Shown here one piece after another: positions 8,526-17,800 of a stretch of 33,950 nucleotides of DNA. The notes beneath the pieces were generated by a model, which was given only the letters and a program-made list of their open reading frames with translations, was not told where the DNA came from and did not search any database. This DNA is from Actinomycetales bacterium (GTDB taxonomy: Bacteria > Actinomycetota > Actinomycetes > Actinomycetales > BWSM-131): the NCBI GenBank assembly GCA_030149025.1, contig JASBSH010000160.1, positions 1 to 33,950 on the forward strand, written 5' to 3'. Every line of letters starts with the position of its first letter. Position 1 is the stretch's first letter. Both the position numbers and the translations under genes were made by a program.

Positions 8526-9155
8526 TCAGCTCTCGGTGCTCTGCACAGCGCCGGTGTGCTTGGCAGCGATCTTCTTAACGGTGTCGCTGTCGGGGCCGGG
8601 CGCAGGCACGAAGATCGCCTCCCGGTAATACTTCAGCTCGGTGATGCTCTCCCGGATGTCGGCGAGCGCCCGGTGCCCGCCCTTCTTCTCCGGAGCGGCG
8701 AAGTAGGCCCGGGTGTACCACCGCCGTGCCAGCTCCTTCACGCTGGAGACGTCGATGATCCGGTAGTGCAGCCAGCGCTCGAGCTCGGGCATGTCTCGCG
8801 CCAGGAAGCCGCGGTCGGTGCCGACCGAGTTGCCGGCCAGCGGCGCGCGCAGCGGCTCGGGCACCCACTCCTTGACGTACTCCAGGACCAGCCGCTGCGC
8901 CTCCTCCATCGACACACCCTCCGGCAGCTCGTCCAGCAGCCCCGACTCCGTGTGCATCTCGCGGACCACGTCCTGCATCTGCTCCAACGCGGCGTCCGGC
9001 GGGCTGATCACCACCTGCACCCCGTCGCCCAGGACGTTGAGCTCGGAGTCGGTGACGAGTGCCGCGACCTCGATCAGCGCGTCCGCTGCCAGGTCCAGAC
9101 CTGTCATCTCGCAGTCGATCCAGACGATCCGCTGAGCGGAGACTGAGGAGTTCAC
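8526..9155 (-). CDS. orn: Oligoribonuclease
   Basis: IVWIDCEMTGLD, MHTESGLL, LAGNSVGTDRGFL, HYRIIDVSSVKELARRW, HRALADIRES; GTG start after TAGATT -10 (leaderless). Confidence 0.96.
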   Translation of the reverse strand: MNSSVSAQRIVWIDCEMTGLDLAADALIEVAALVTDSELNVLGDGVQVVISPPDAALEQMQDVVREMHTESGLLDELPEGVSMEEAQRLVLEYVKEWVPEPLRAPLAGNSVGTDRGFLARDMPELERWLHYRIIDVSSVKELARRWYTRAYFAAPEKKGGHRALADIRESITELKYYREAIFVPAPGPDSDTVKKIAAKHTGAVQSTES

Positions 9156-9165
9156 GCGGGACAAT

Positions 9166-9471
9166 CTATGCGGAAGTGGCGTCGCGGCCCGGCTCCCCAG
9201 CCTCGGCTGTGGATGCGTCGTCGGTGCGCTCTTCCGTTCCGATCGAGGACCTGGACGGCGCGGCGCCGGGTGCGGCGACCACGCTCGCTGCCCAGACGAC
9301 GGCGAAGACGGCGGCGATGAGCAGGCCGACCCCGATGGCAACCAACCAGCCGACACCGAAGAACACGAGCGCGACCGCGCAGGCAGGCGCCGTGAACGCG
9401 GCCCAGCCCAGCAGCTCCACGTTCCCCGCGGACCGGCCGCGGTCGGGTGGAGCGGCCCGATGCCGACCCAT
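9166..9471 (-). CDS. Small membrane protein, 101 aa, 2 TM segments
   Basis: MGRHRAAPP..LLGWAAFTAPACAVALVFFGVGWLVAIGVGLLIAAVFAVVWAA; GC3-rich codons; fills the orn-prsW gap. Confidence 0.7.
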   Translation of the reverse strand: MGRHRAAPPDRGRSAGNVELLGWAAFTAPACAVALVFFGVGWLVAIGVGLLIAAVFAVVWAASVVAAPGAAPSRSSIGTEERTDDASTAEAGEPGRDATSA

Positions 9472-9588
9472 CGACCTATCACTCCCTGTGTGCCGCATAT
9501 GCGTCTGTCCCGGCGGCCCAGCACGTCCGGGACCGCCCAGTGCACAGTGTGCGCTGTCGCGCCAGCACATCTCGTTAGGCTCACCGGT

Positions 9589-10851
9589 ATGAACGCACCC
9601 ACCCCGGGCGGCTGGCCCCCGCACGGGCCGGGTCCGCAGTTCCACCCGCCAGCCACGCAGTGGCCGCAGCCGGATCCGGAGCCGCTGCCCGTCGTCCCCG
9701 TCCTTGAACAGCCGCGGTTCATCGCACCCAAGCGACCCGGTCAGTCGCCGCTGAAGGCCCTCGGCTGGGTCTGCATCTGGCTCTTCTTCGCGGTCTCCGG
9801 GCTCCTGACGATCCTGGCGATCGCTCTGGAAACCGGTGTGACGGGCCTGGTCGTCGGGCTCGTTCTCGCGACACTGCCGGTGGCCGTCGTCGTCTCGGTC
9901 TTCCTCTGGCTGGACCGGCACGAGCGCGAACCCTGGTCCCTCCTCCTGTTCGCCTTCGGCTGGGGAGCCTCCGTTGCGACCCTGATCTCGCTGATCCTGA
10001 ACACCGCCTCGACCGCGGTTCTGCAGCAGTCCGGCGGTGACCCGAACATCGCGATGTTCACCATCGCGCCCATCGTCGAGGAGTCCACCAAGGGCCTGGC
10101 CGTCCTCGGGGTCCTGCTCCTGCGCCGCCGGGAGTTCGACGGCGTCGTGGACGGCATCGTCTACGCCGGCATGGCGGGCATCGGCTTCGCCTTCGTCGAG
10201 AACGTCCTGTACTTCGGGCGCACGTTCGTGGAGGCGGGCGGCGGTGGTGTGGCCGCCGTCTTCGTGATGCGAGGCGTCTTCTCCCCGTTCGCACATCCGC
10301 TGTTCACCATGGCGATCGGCATCGGGATCGGTCTCGCCGTCTCGCGCCGCAGCACCGCGACGAAGATCCTCGCTCCGATCGGCGGGTGGCTGGTCGCGGT
10401 CGTGCTCCACGCCGCCTGGAACGGCTCCACCCTCCTGGGTATCCAGGGCTTCTTCGGCGGCTACGTCTTCCTGCAGGTGCCGATCTTCGTCGCGGCGGTC
10501 GCGATCGCACTGCTTGCACGACGCCGTGAAGCGAGGCTGATCAGCCGGCACCTCCACGTGTACGCCTCGAGCGGGTGGCTCACCCAGGCAGAGGCGGGCA
10601 TGCTGTCGTCGCTGACCGCGCGCAGGCAGGCCCGGGACTGGGCAGGGCGCAATTTCGGCCCGCCCGCCCGCAACGCCATGCGCGACTTCCAGGAGCTGGG
10701 CAGCGAGGTCGCCTTCCTGCGCGAGCGGATGGTCCACGGCACCGCGCCGCCGGATGCGCGCCAGACCGAGCTGCAGATGCTCGAAGGCATGTGGCTGCTG
10801 CGGCAGTCCTTCACCCCGCCGAGCGGTTACGAGGTCGCAGCGATCCGCTGA
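9589..10851 (+). CDS. PrsW family intramembrane glutamic protease
   Basis: APIVEESTKG, GFAFVENVLY, PFAHPLFT, LHAAWN; ATG 9589 after TAGGCT -10. Confidence 0.93.
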   Translation: MNAPTPGGWPPHGPGPQFHPPATQWPQPDPEPLPVVPVLEQPRFIAPKRPGQSPLKALGWVCIWLFFAVSGLLTILAIALETGVTGLVVGLVLATLPVAVVVSVFLWLDRHEREPWSLLLFAFGWGASVATLISLILNTASTAVLQQSGGDPNIAMFTIAPIVEESTKGLAVLGVLLLRRREFDGVVDGIVYAGMAGIGFAFVENVLYFGRTFVEAGGGGVAAVFVMRGVFSPFAHPLFTMAIGIGIGLAVSRRSTATKILAPIGGWLVAVVLHAAWNGSTLLGIQGFFGGYVFLQVPIFVAAVAIALLARRREARLISRHLHVYASSGWLTQAEAGMLSSLTARRQARDWAGRNFGPPARNAMRDFQELGSEVAFLRERMVHGTAPPDARQTELQMLEGMWLLRQSFTPPSGYEVAAIR

Positions 10852-10859
10852 CGACCTCT

Positions 10860-11741
10860 CTACGTCTGGCGCGGACGCCGCGCCGCGAAGTCGTCGGCGA
10901 TCTGGTCGAAGGTCAACCACGTGATCCCGTCGTGCCCGTTGATGTGCTCGATGAGGCGCTCGAGCATGAGCAGCACCTGAGCTCGGCCGGACACGTCGGG
11001 GTGGATGGTCATGGTGAAGACCGCGTACTCCATCTCCCGGTAGACCCAGTCGAACTGATCCCGCCACAGCTGCTCGATGTCGCGTGGGTTGACGAAACCG
11101 TGGCTGTTCGGGCTGGTCTTGACGAACATCATCGGTGGCAGGTCGTCCAGGTACCAGTTCGCGGGAATCTCGATGAGGTCGGTCTCCTCCCCACGCACCA
11201 GTGGCTTCATCCACTCCCGGGCGTCCTTCTCGTAGTCGATCTTCGACCAGCTGTCCCCGACGCGGACGTAGTACGGCTCGAAGTCGCGGTGCATCAGTGA
11301 GTGGTCGTACTTGATGCCCCGCTCGAGCAGCAGCTCGTTGGACACCTTCGAGAACTCCCACCAGGGAGCGACGTAACCGGTCGGTCGCCGGCCCGCGCGC
11401 TTCTCGATGAGCTCGATGCAGTAGTCGAGGATCGTCGCCTCCTGCTCCCGGCTCATCGCGATCGGGTTCTCGTGGCTGTAGCCATGGACGCCGATCTCAT
11501 GCCCCGCGGCCACCACGCGGTCGAACTGCTCGGGGAAGGTCTCGATGGAGTGGCCCGGCCAGAACCAGGTCGCGGAGAGGTCGTACTTCCTCAGCATCGC
11601 CTCCAGACGCGGGACACCTACCTCACCGGCGAACATGCCGCGGGAGATGTCGTTCGGGGAGTCCTCACCCCCGTACGAGCCGAGCCAGCCTCCGACGGCG
11701 TCCACGTCGATGCCGAACGCGACGAAGATCTCTTTGGCCAT
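10860..11741 (-). CDS. Polysaccharide deacetylase family protein (CE4, PuuE/HpPgdA-like)
   Basis: [48 protein letters not shown]. Confidence 0.92.
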   Translation of the reverse strand: MAKEIFVAFGIDVDAVGGWLGSYGGEDSPNDISRGMFAGEVGVPRLEAMLRKYDLSATWFWPGHSIETFPEQFDRVVAAGHEIGVHGYSHENPIAMSREQEATILDYCIELIEKRAGRRPTGYVAPWWEFSKVSNELLLERGIKYDHSLMHRDFEPYYVRVGDSWSKIDYEKDAREWMKPLVRGEETDLIEIPANWYLDDLPPMMFVKTSPNSHGFVNPRDIEQLWRDQFDWVYREMEYAVFTMTIHPDVSGRAQVLLMLERLIEHINGHDGITWLTFDQIADDFAARRPRQT

Positions 11742-11796
11742 TGATGCGTCTCCCTTCTTGAGGTCGCCGACCGGCTCTCGGACGGCGCAGGGGCAT

Positions 11797-12787
11797 TCAG
11801 CGCTTCCAGCCGCGGGTGAAGCGGGCGATCGCCTCCTGGTCGATCCGTTCTCCCGTCGCCAGCAGGAGGGCCAGGAGGAGACGAGCCTGGTTAGAGCGGG
11901 ACGTCGTCCAGGACGACGGCGCCGGCATTGACGAAGTCCACCGCGCCACCGTTGCCGTACATAGGAACTACGGGGCCCTCCGGGACGCGGGTGGAGAGCC
12001 CGACCACGACGCCCGATGCGATGGCCTCCTGAGCCCAGTCGAGCAGGGCATGGTTACCGTTGCCGGCCCCCGTGCCCGCCAGGACGACGGCTTCGGCCCC
12101 GGCGGCGACGGCGGCGCGAGGAAGTGTCCCGTCCGCGCCGGGGTGGACGCTCACGACGTCCACGCGAGTGCTGTCGAAGCTGCCGTCGGGGAGCGGGAGC
12201 GTCGGTCCCCGGAACGGCCGAGCCCACACCTGCGCCTCTCCGGCACCCACTCTGCCGATGGGGCCACCGTCGGCAGTGTGGAAGGCGTCGAGAGCAATCG
12301 TGTGCTGCTTTCGCGTGCCCCGTGCCGCGAACACGCGGCCGGCGAACCCGATGAGCGCCCCGCAGCCGCGAGCCTCGAAGGAGGCCGCCACGGTGACGGC
12401 GTCCCGAAGGTTGCGCGGCCCGTCGGCGTCGAGTTCGTCCGCTGCCCGCTGTGCGCCCGTGAGCACTACCGGCTTGTCGGACTGGTGAACAAGGTCCAGC
12501 AGGTAGGCGGTCTCTTCCATGGTGTCGGTGCCGTGCGTCACCACGACACCGTCGACGTCATCCCTGACCGTGTGCTCGGCAACCGCCTCGGCGATCAGCC
12601 GCAGCTCTCGATGACCGAAGAGATAGGAGCCCAGGCTGAAGAGATCCTGCGCCTCGATGTCGATGTCTTCGAAGTTCATCCCCTGCATCAACTGGCCGGC
12701 GTCGTGCTGTGCGACCGCACCGCGTCCCTGCCCCGCGGAGGCGGAGGCGATCGTCCCCCCGGTGGCTATGACCACGACGCGACGCAC
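11797..12787 (-). pseudogene. L-asparaginase family gene with a 1-bp frameshift near the 3' end
   Basis: ATGGTIA and HGTDTMEET motifs; stops at 11891 (CTC TAA C) while the conserved tail [10 protein letters not shown]...GWKR* continues in the +1 frame to 11797. Confidence 0.85.
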
Positions 12788-13125
12788 CTCGAGGCTCCTC
12801 CCGTCCGACGGCTCAATGCATCACCGTGGCGGAGATTGGGCTCGTGCGCCTCCGGAGAGCCGTCGTTCAGCGACCAGGTGGGCCGCCGTGCCTTGCCCTA
12901 GGACGAGGTCACGCCTGCGACGTGGTGCAGCCCGCCGCCGCGACCAGGAGGAGCGCCCGGGCCAGGCCGCGCGAAAGTTCTCGACCCACCGGCACAACCA
13001 CACGTGGGTTGAGCGAGAGCGCCGACGGCATCAATCCGCGGCACATAGGCCGCTCAACCACGCTCAAGGTCCGAAGAGTCGGCAATCGCGGCATGCCAGA
13101 AGTAGTCATGAGCAAAGATGGGCCC

Positions 13126-13290
13126 GTGCCCGACACGATGTGAGACCGACTCGAAGAATGTGTGCAGCTCCTTTCGGAGCCATTCCGCGCGTCGGAGATC
13201 GTGGGCTGGCTCCGCGGTCACTGCCCGGACGTGAAAGAGCAGTCGCTTCGGGCCCACATCCAAGTCGCAACCTCCAACGCCCTGCTGCAT
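13126..13290 (+). pseudogene. Remnant of a small winged-helix-like N-terminal domain of the kind found fused to endonucleases
   Basis: GTG-PDTM*DRLEECVQLLSEPFRASEIVGWLRGHCPDVKEQSLRAHIQVATSNA; in-frame TGA at 13141-13143 where Trp is plausible; similarity fades downstream. Confidence 0.45.
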
Positions 13291-13519
13291 CGCGCGCTTC
13301 GACGACCCGGACGGGCGGATCAGGGCCGCTGTCCGGCTCGAGGCCATCGGCACGGAGCGACTTCTCACAGAAGAAGTGCCGGGCGACCCCAGGTTCGTGA
13401 CGGCGCTCCGGGTCGAATCACCCTGCGGGAGGATCCCGCCCCTCCATAGGGGACGGGCGGGCATTCCTTGTGTCCCGTCGTGTCCCGTTCGGGAGGACCG
13501 GTGGCGACAAAGCGGCGCC

Positions 13520-14061
13520 TCAAGACTCCAGCCACTTGTTGAACGACGCTCGGTCATACACACCGCGAGGAGCGCCCCGCTTCGCTCGGCGCAGGGTCTG
13601 TACGTAGCCCCACAGCGTGTCGTCATCGACCCAGCCCTTCTTGTGCGCCATGGGAGCAAGACCCAGGTCGACGCGACCTTTACACCGTGCTTGGCCGCCA
13701 GTCGCTGCGCCTCACGGTCGTCGGTGACGAAGAAGCCGTTGACCCGTCGCCGTAGCATGATCGCCAGGGTCTCGGCCTCGCCGAGGTGCTTCGTGTGACT
13801 GTCACCGGGGCTTGCGAGTTCCTGCCGCAACATCTTGGTGTCGAGGTGCTCGGCCCCCTGCGGAAACCACGGGGAACCAAAGATGGCCTCCGCTTGGCCG
13901 AGGGCCTCAAGGCCGGGCTCAGCGGCAGATGCGGTGCACTCCTGCGCCACCGTGGCGCACCAAGCGCCGTTGCCGTTTGCAAGGCGCTCAAGGAGGTCCA
14001 TCCTGCTGATGATCGCGAAGTTCACAAGAACCGTGTTGTCGGGGAACAGCAGGACTGCCAT
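13520..14061 (-). pseudogene. PIN-domain nuclease (putative toxin), frameshifted at about 13653
   Basis: PIN acidic motifs FPDNTVL, AQEC, LGEAETL, VTDDREA; after STWVLL the plausible tail MAHKKGWVDDDTLWGYVQTLRR...FNKWLES* is in another frame ending at 13520. Confidence 0.8.
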
Positions 14062-14066
14062 CGGCG

Positions 14067-15158
14067 TCAGAGCCCCAGGGCTTCAGCGAGGTCATCCGCC
14101 CTGACCTCTGGCACATCAGGAGCGTCGACCTCCAGCGAGTCAGGGTCGATGCCGAGCATCCAGGCAAGGGTTCCCTTCCCCAGTGACCCGACTGCGATGC
14201 CCGCGAGGTGCGCTTCCTGGAGGTGCACCGGGAACCGACGCTGGGCAGCCTCGTCCATCCGCTGGGTGATTGCGTCGTCACCCATGTGATCAGGCATGAG
14301 GAAGCGACGAAGCAACCTCTGCGTCGGGACACCGGCCCAGGATGCCACCGGCGACGGGACGTATCCGTTGACGTGGTTCAGGCGCCGAGCAAGCGCGTCC
14401 GTCGAAACGCCGAGCCGCCAGACAGCGTCGGCAAGCTCCCGGTCACTGATGTTGTCCCAGTCGAACTCCTTCAACACCTCCTTCGGCAGGAGCAGGTCGG
14501 CAGCGAACGCGTTGGCGGAAGCCTCATGCTTCTCTGACACATCTGCGGCGAGCCCCTCGTCATGGTGGCCCATCGCGAGGTGTCCCAGTTCGTGTGCCAT
14601 CGACCAGTTCTCCCGGAACCAGTTCCCCGTCGCGGGGATCGTGATGACGCGCCTGCCGCCGATGGTGAAGGAGTATGCGGTCGACAGCTCCGGAACCCGT
14701 ACCACGTCCACGCCCAGGCGCTGCTCGAGCCGGTCTGCAAAGGTACGCACGAAGTCGTCCTCCAGGACCTCGCGGGCCTTAGAGGCGTGGTCAGGGAGCG
14801 CGACAGGGGTCTCCGGTTCCCGGTATGCCTGGCGGTACGCCAGGGCGATGTTCTGGATGGTCGCCTCGTCGCCCTCCCGGCCGGGCACGTCCCGCTCACC
14901 CGTCTGGTGGTCAAAGTTGTGGCGAGCAGCCACAGTCAACCGGTTCGGGTCCGTGTTGCCTGTGATCAACCAGTGGAGATCTGCGTCGAGCCGCTCGGCG
15001 AGGCGAGCCAGTTCGATCGACGAAAACTGCCGCCTGTCTCGGAGGGCACGCGAAAAGGCATCGGGAGTCATCCCGACGTCCTGAGCGATGTCCCTGTGCA
15101 GGTCATCCGGGCACATCTGGTTGATCCGCGCCAGCACACGGGAACCAATGCTGTGCAT
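14067..15158 (-). CDS. XRE-type HTH fused to ImmA/IrrE (DUF955) Zn metallopeptidase
   Basis: HTH HRDIAQDVGMTPDAFSRAL..FSSIELARLA; HExxH in RENWSMAHELGH; EASANAFAADLLLP; ATG 15158 after TACGAT -10. Confidence 0.9.
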   Translation of the reverse strand: MHSIGSRVLARINQMCPDDLHRDIAQDVGMTPDAFSRALRDRRQFSSIELARLAERLDADLHWLITGNTDPNRLTVAARHNFDHQTGERDVPGREGDEATIQNIALAYRQAYREPETPVALPDHASKAREVLEDDFVRTFADRLEQRLGVDVVRVPELSTAYSFTIGGRRVITIPATGNWFRENWSMAHELGHLAMGHHDEGLAADVSEKHEASANAFAADLLLPKEVLKEFDWDNISDRELADAVWRLGVSTDALARRLNHVNGYVPSPVASWAGVPTQRLLRRFLMPDHMGDDAITQRMDEAAQRRFPVHLQEAHLAGIAVGSLGKGTLAWMLGIDPDSLEVDAPDVPEVRADDLAEALGL

Positions 15159-15178
15159 GCATGGATCGTACACGTCGG

Positions 15179-15193
15179 TTGGGAAAATCCCAA
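15179..15193. promoter_or_regulatory. Palindromic operator candidate TTGGGA-AAA-TCCCAA
   Basis: Perfect 6-3-6 inverted repeat about 20-35 bp upstream of the XRE/IrrE start. Confidence 0.5.
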
Positions 15194-15220
15194 GAGTCGA
15201 CGCTGCCCACCTCGCTTCCC

Positions 15221-15264
15221 AGAGGCGTGTGGGCTCAGGGATAGAGGCGTGTGGACTCAGGGAT
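15221..15264. repeat. 22-bp tandem direct repeat (2 copies, 1 mismatch)
   Basis: AGAGGCGTGTGGGCTCAGGGAT / AGAGGCGTGTGGACTCAGGGAT. Confidence 0.9.
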
Positions 15265-15548
15265 AGGCGTACTGACGGCGCACTCCGTGGGCGCGCCTCG
15301 GGCTTGGTGACGAAAGCCGAGCTGCCGGGCGCGACCTCGCCTGCGCTTGGGTTGTGCCGAGGTGCGGTGCGCCAGAGGGTTGACGACCGGGACGGGCGAT
15401 GCGTCGCCCGAGCCGGGCGCTGGGATCTGGCCGTTCTCGACCGCGCGGTAGGCAGCGTCATGACCAATGCCGAGCACTTGGCCGGCTGCCGGACAGCACA
15501 CGTCACGCGACCAGTCAGGTCGTCGAGCGTGAGGGGGCGTTCGCTCAC
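15235..15548 (-). pseudogene. Excisionase-like HTH DNA-binding protein remnant (frameshifted)
   Basis: VSERPLTLDDLTGRVTCAV then, in another frame, AGQVLGIGHDAAYRAVENGQIPA, which fits the Xis/HTH_17 pattern. Confidence 0.65.
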
Positions 15549-15874
15549 CCCAGGCAGCCGCAACGACGACAGCCACAACCAGGTCCGCCACGGCCGGATC
15601 GACAGACGGCAAGATCACCCTGCGCTACGGCGGGCACCTCTACAAGATCGGCATTGGACGAACCCCCGCCGGAACCCACGTCATCGTCCTGGTCCAGGAC
15701 CTGCACGCTCGCATCGTCGACGCAGCCACCGGCGAACTCTTGTGCGAGCTGACCCTCGACACAACCAAGCGCTGAGAAGGCACCGGCAGGCCACCCGGCC
15801 CCTCCGGCTGAAACCACAACGGCCGAACCCACGAATCGTGGATTCGGCCGTCCGGGACGTCCTGAGACAGCACA
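15549..15874 (+). mobile_element. IS481-family element, 3' remnant (transposase C-terminus plus right end)
   Basis: VRHGRID/DGKITLRYGGHLYKIGIGRT.AGTHVIVLVQDLHARIVDAATGELLCELTLD.TKR*; subterminal hairpin 15821-15849; end GTCCGGGACGTCCTGAGACAGCACA. Confidence 0.8.
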
Positions 15875-15877
15875 GAG

Positions 15878-15950
15878 CGCCCCCGAGAGGATTCGAACCT
15901 CCGACCGTCGGATTAGAAGTCCGCTGCTCTATCCGCTGAGCTACGGGGGC
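15878..15950 (-). tRNA. tRNA-Arg (TCT)
   Basis: GCCCCCGTAGCTCAGCGGATAGAGCAGCGGACTTCTAATCCGACGGTCGGAGGTTCGAATCCTCTCGGGGGCG; no encoded CCA. Confidence 0.96.
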
Positions 15951-16092
15951 GAGAGTTCCGCGGTCTGGTCCAGCGAGCGGTCCAGGGAACCCTGCACGGA
16001 AGTATGCCGTCCCTGGGGCAAGAACCCACATCTGGGACGCGAGCGGCGAGGTCGCGGGACAGGAGGCTCTCCTCAGGTTACGAAACCGTCTG

Positions 16093-16548
16093 CTACTGCA
16101 GCGGGAACGTCTGCCCACGCTCGGACTCCGGCCGCGGGCCATGGATGCGGCGTTCGGACTCCTCGATCGGCACGTCGTTGATGCTCGCCTCACGACGACG
16201 CATGTAGCCCTCGTCGTCGAACTCCCAAAGCTCGTTGCCGTAGCTTCGCCACCACTGACCGTCGGCGTCGTGGCACTCGTACTGGAAACGGACGGCGATC
16301 CGGTTCTCGCTGAAGGACCAGAGGTCCTTGCGCAGCGAGTAGTCCAGCTCCCGAGCCCACTTGCGCCGCAGGAAAGCGACGATCTCCTCACGTCCCTTGA
16401 TGAACTCCGAACGGTTGCGCCACTCCGAATCGACCGAGTAGGCACCGGCCACCTTCTCTGGGTCGCAGGTGTTCCACGCATCTTCTGCCGCCTGCACCTT
16501 CTGGCGTGCGGTCTCCTCGGTGAACGGCGGCAGTGGTGGGCGGGTCAT
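16093..16548 (-). CDS. DUF1348 / NTF2 (SnoaL-like) family protein
   Basis: [56 protein letters not shown]; GGAGAG RBS. Confidence 0.93.
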   Translation of the reverse strand: MTRPPLPPFTEETARQKVQAAEDAWNTCDPEKVAGAYSVDSEWRNRSEFIKGREEIVAFLRRKWARELDYSLRKDLWSFSENRIAVRFQYECHDADGQWWRSYGNELWEFDDEGYMRRREASINDVPIEESERRIHGPRPESERGQTFPLQ

Positions 16549-16619
16549 CAGCTCTCCTGACGTTCGATTGCCGGAAGTCTGCCGCGTCTGCTGACAGTCA
16601 TCGACCCCTTCGTGTGCAG

Positions 16620-17039
16620 TCGCGTCAACGACAGAAGTTCGTCGACCTGGTTGTTCGGACCGCTCTCGCAGCCGAACGAGGCGAGGCGCGCCTGCGCGCG
16701 CTGTTCGACGCGTGGCTGGTCTGGTCCCAGGAGGCATTGGCCGGCGGTTGCATCTTCGTAGCGGCGTCCGTGGAGCTGGACGACCAGCCAGGCCCCCTGC
16801 GGGACGCGCTGGTCAAGACCCAACGCGACTGGCTCGAGCTCATCGCCAACGTGGCCGCCAGCGCCGTCGCGGAAGGCGAGTTCCGCGAGGACCTCGATAC
16901 CGAACAGCTCGCCCACGACCTCTACGGCGTCATGCTGGCGCACCACCACACAAGCCGCCTGCTGCATGACCCCCGTTCGGAGGAGCGCACACGTCAAGCC
17001 TTCGAGGCCCTGGTCGCAGCGGCACGATCGAGCGGTTGA
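16620..17039 (+). pseudogene. TetR-family regulator, C-terminal ligand domain only (HTH missing)
   Basis: [48 protein letters not shown]; no N-terminal HTH and no good start codon. Confidence 0.75.
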
Positions 17040-17800
17040 GCCGAACAAAGACGCCAGCAAGACCTCGTCCAGAAGTCCCCGCACGAACGACCCCGACAGC
17101 CGAAGCGACACGCCTGTGGCTCACCCTTCCACCCCGACAACCGCCCCGAAGCTGCCAGACGGTGGGACGGCGTTCGGCGTCAGCTCTGCGGGGCGAACCA
17201 TGCATGGCAGCTACTGGGGGGACGGCCCGGTCGTCTACCACGCCGTCATCGCGCACTCGATGGGCGCCATCTCCACCCTGTTGACGCTGAGGTCCGGTTG
17301 GCTCACCACGGAGCGCCTGGTGCTGCTGGCGCCGCTCACCAGCTTCTCCGTGCAGTTCCGCAGCGTCGAGCAGGCGCTAGCCATCGGCCCCCGGACGCAC
17401 AGCCACGTCAAGGAGGTCACCCGTCGGCGCGTCGGACTCTCGATCGAAGGGCTCGACCTGGATGCCCTGGTCGTCGGCATGGACCCCGTGCCGATGCTCG
17501 TCGTCCACGACCGCGACGACCGCCAGACCTCCTTCGCCGCCTCGCAACGTCTCAGCGCCGCGTTGCCTCAGTTCAGGCTTCGTTCATCGCCACCCGCGGA
17601 CTGGGGCACCAACGGCTGCTCCGGGACCCCCACGTCACCCGAACCGTGGTGGACTTCGTGGACGGCGACCCGCTCGTTTCCGCTGCCAGCACCCTGGACG
17701 ACGTGCTCACCACCGCAACGCCGGCTCCCTCAGCCGACTCGCCGTCCTCGCCCAACAGGCGCACACTGCCGAAAAGGGACAGGAGGCGGACCCTGCATGA
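17036..17800 (+). pseudogene. Alpha/beta hydrolase, internally deleted and frameshifted
   Basis: WGDGPVVY joined directly to AVIAHSMGA (HGW/DAP segment absent); LVVHDRDD; GLGHQRLLRDP in a different frame. Confidence 0.7.

Noticed and set aside
9166-11361. 731-aa minus-strand ORF
   Set aside because: Shadow of prsW and an alternate frame of the deacetylase; only the last 101 codons look like a real gene
12790-13120. Short ORFs upstream of the asparaginase
   Set aside because: No recognisable motif in any frame I translated
13423-13431. TGCGGGAGG matching the tRNA-Leu 3' end as a possible att duplicate
   Set aside because: Only about 9 bp in GC-rich DNA, with core genes in between; expected by chance
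13054-13650. Apparent long C-terminal domain on the PIN protein (335-aa ORF)
   Set aside because: Low-complexity out-of-frame read-through after the frameshift
15221-15264. Possible CRISPR repeat
   Set aside because: Two adjacent copies, no spacers, no cas genes
15159-15578. N-terminal extension of the XRE-IrrE ORF
   Set aside because: Made of the xis remnant and intergenic repeats; a better start exists at 15158
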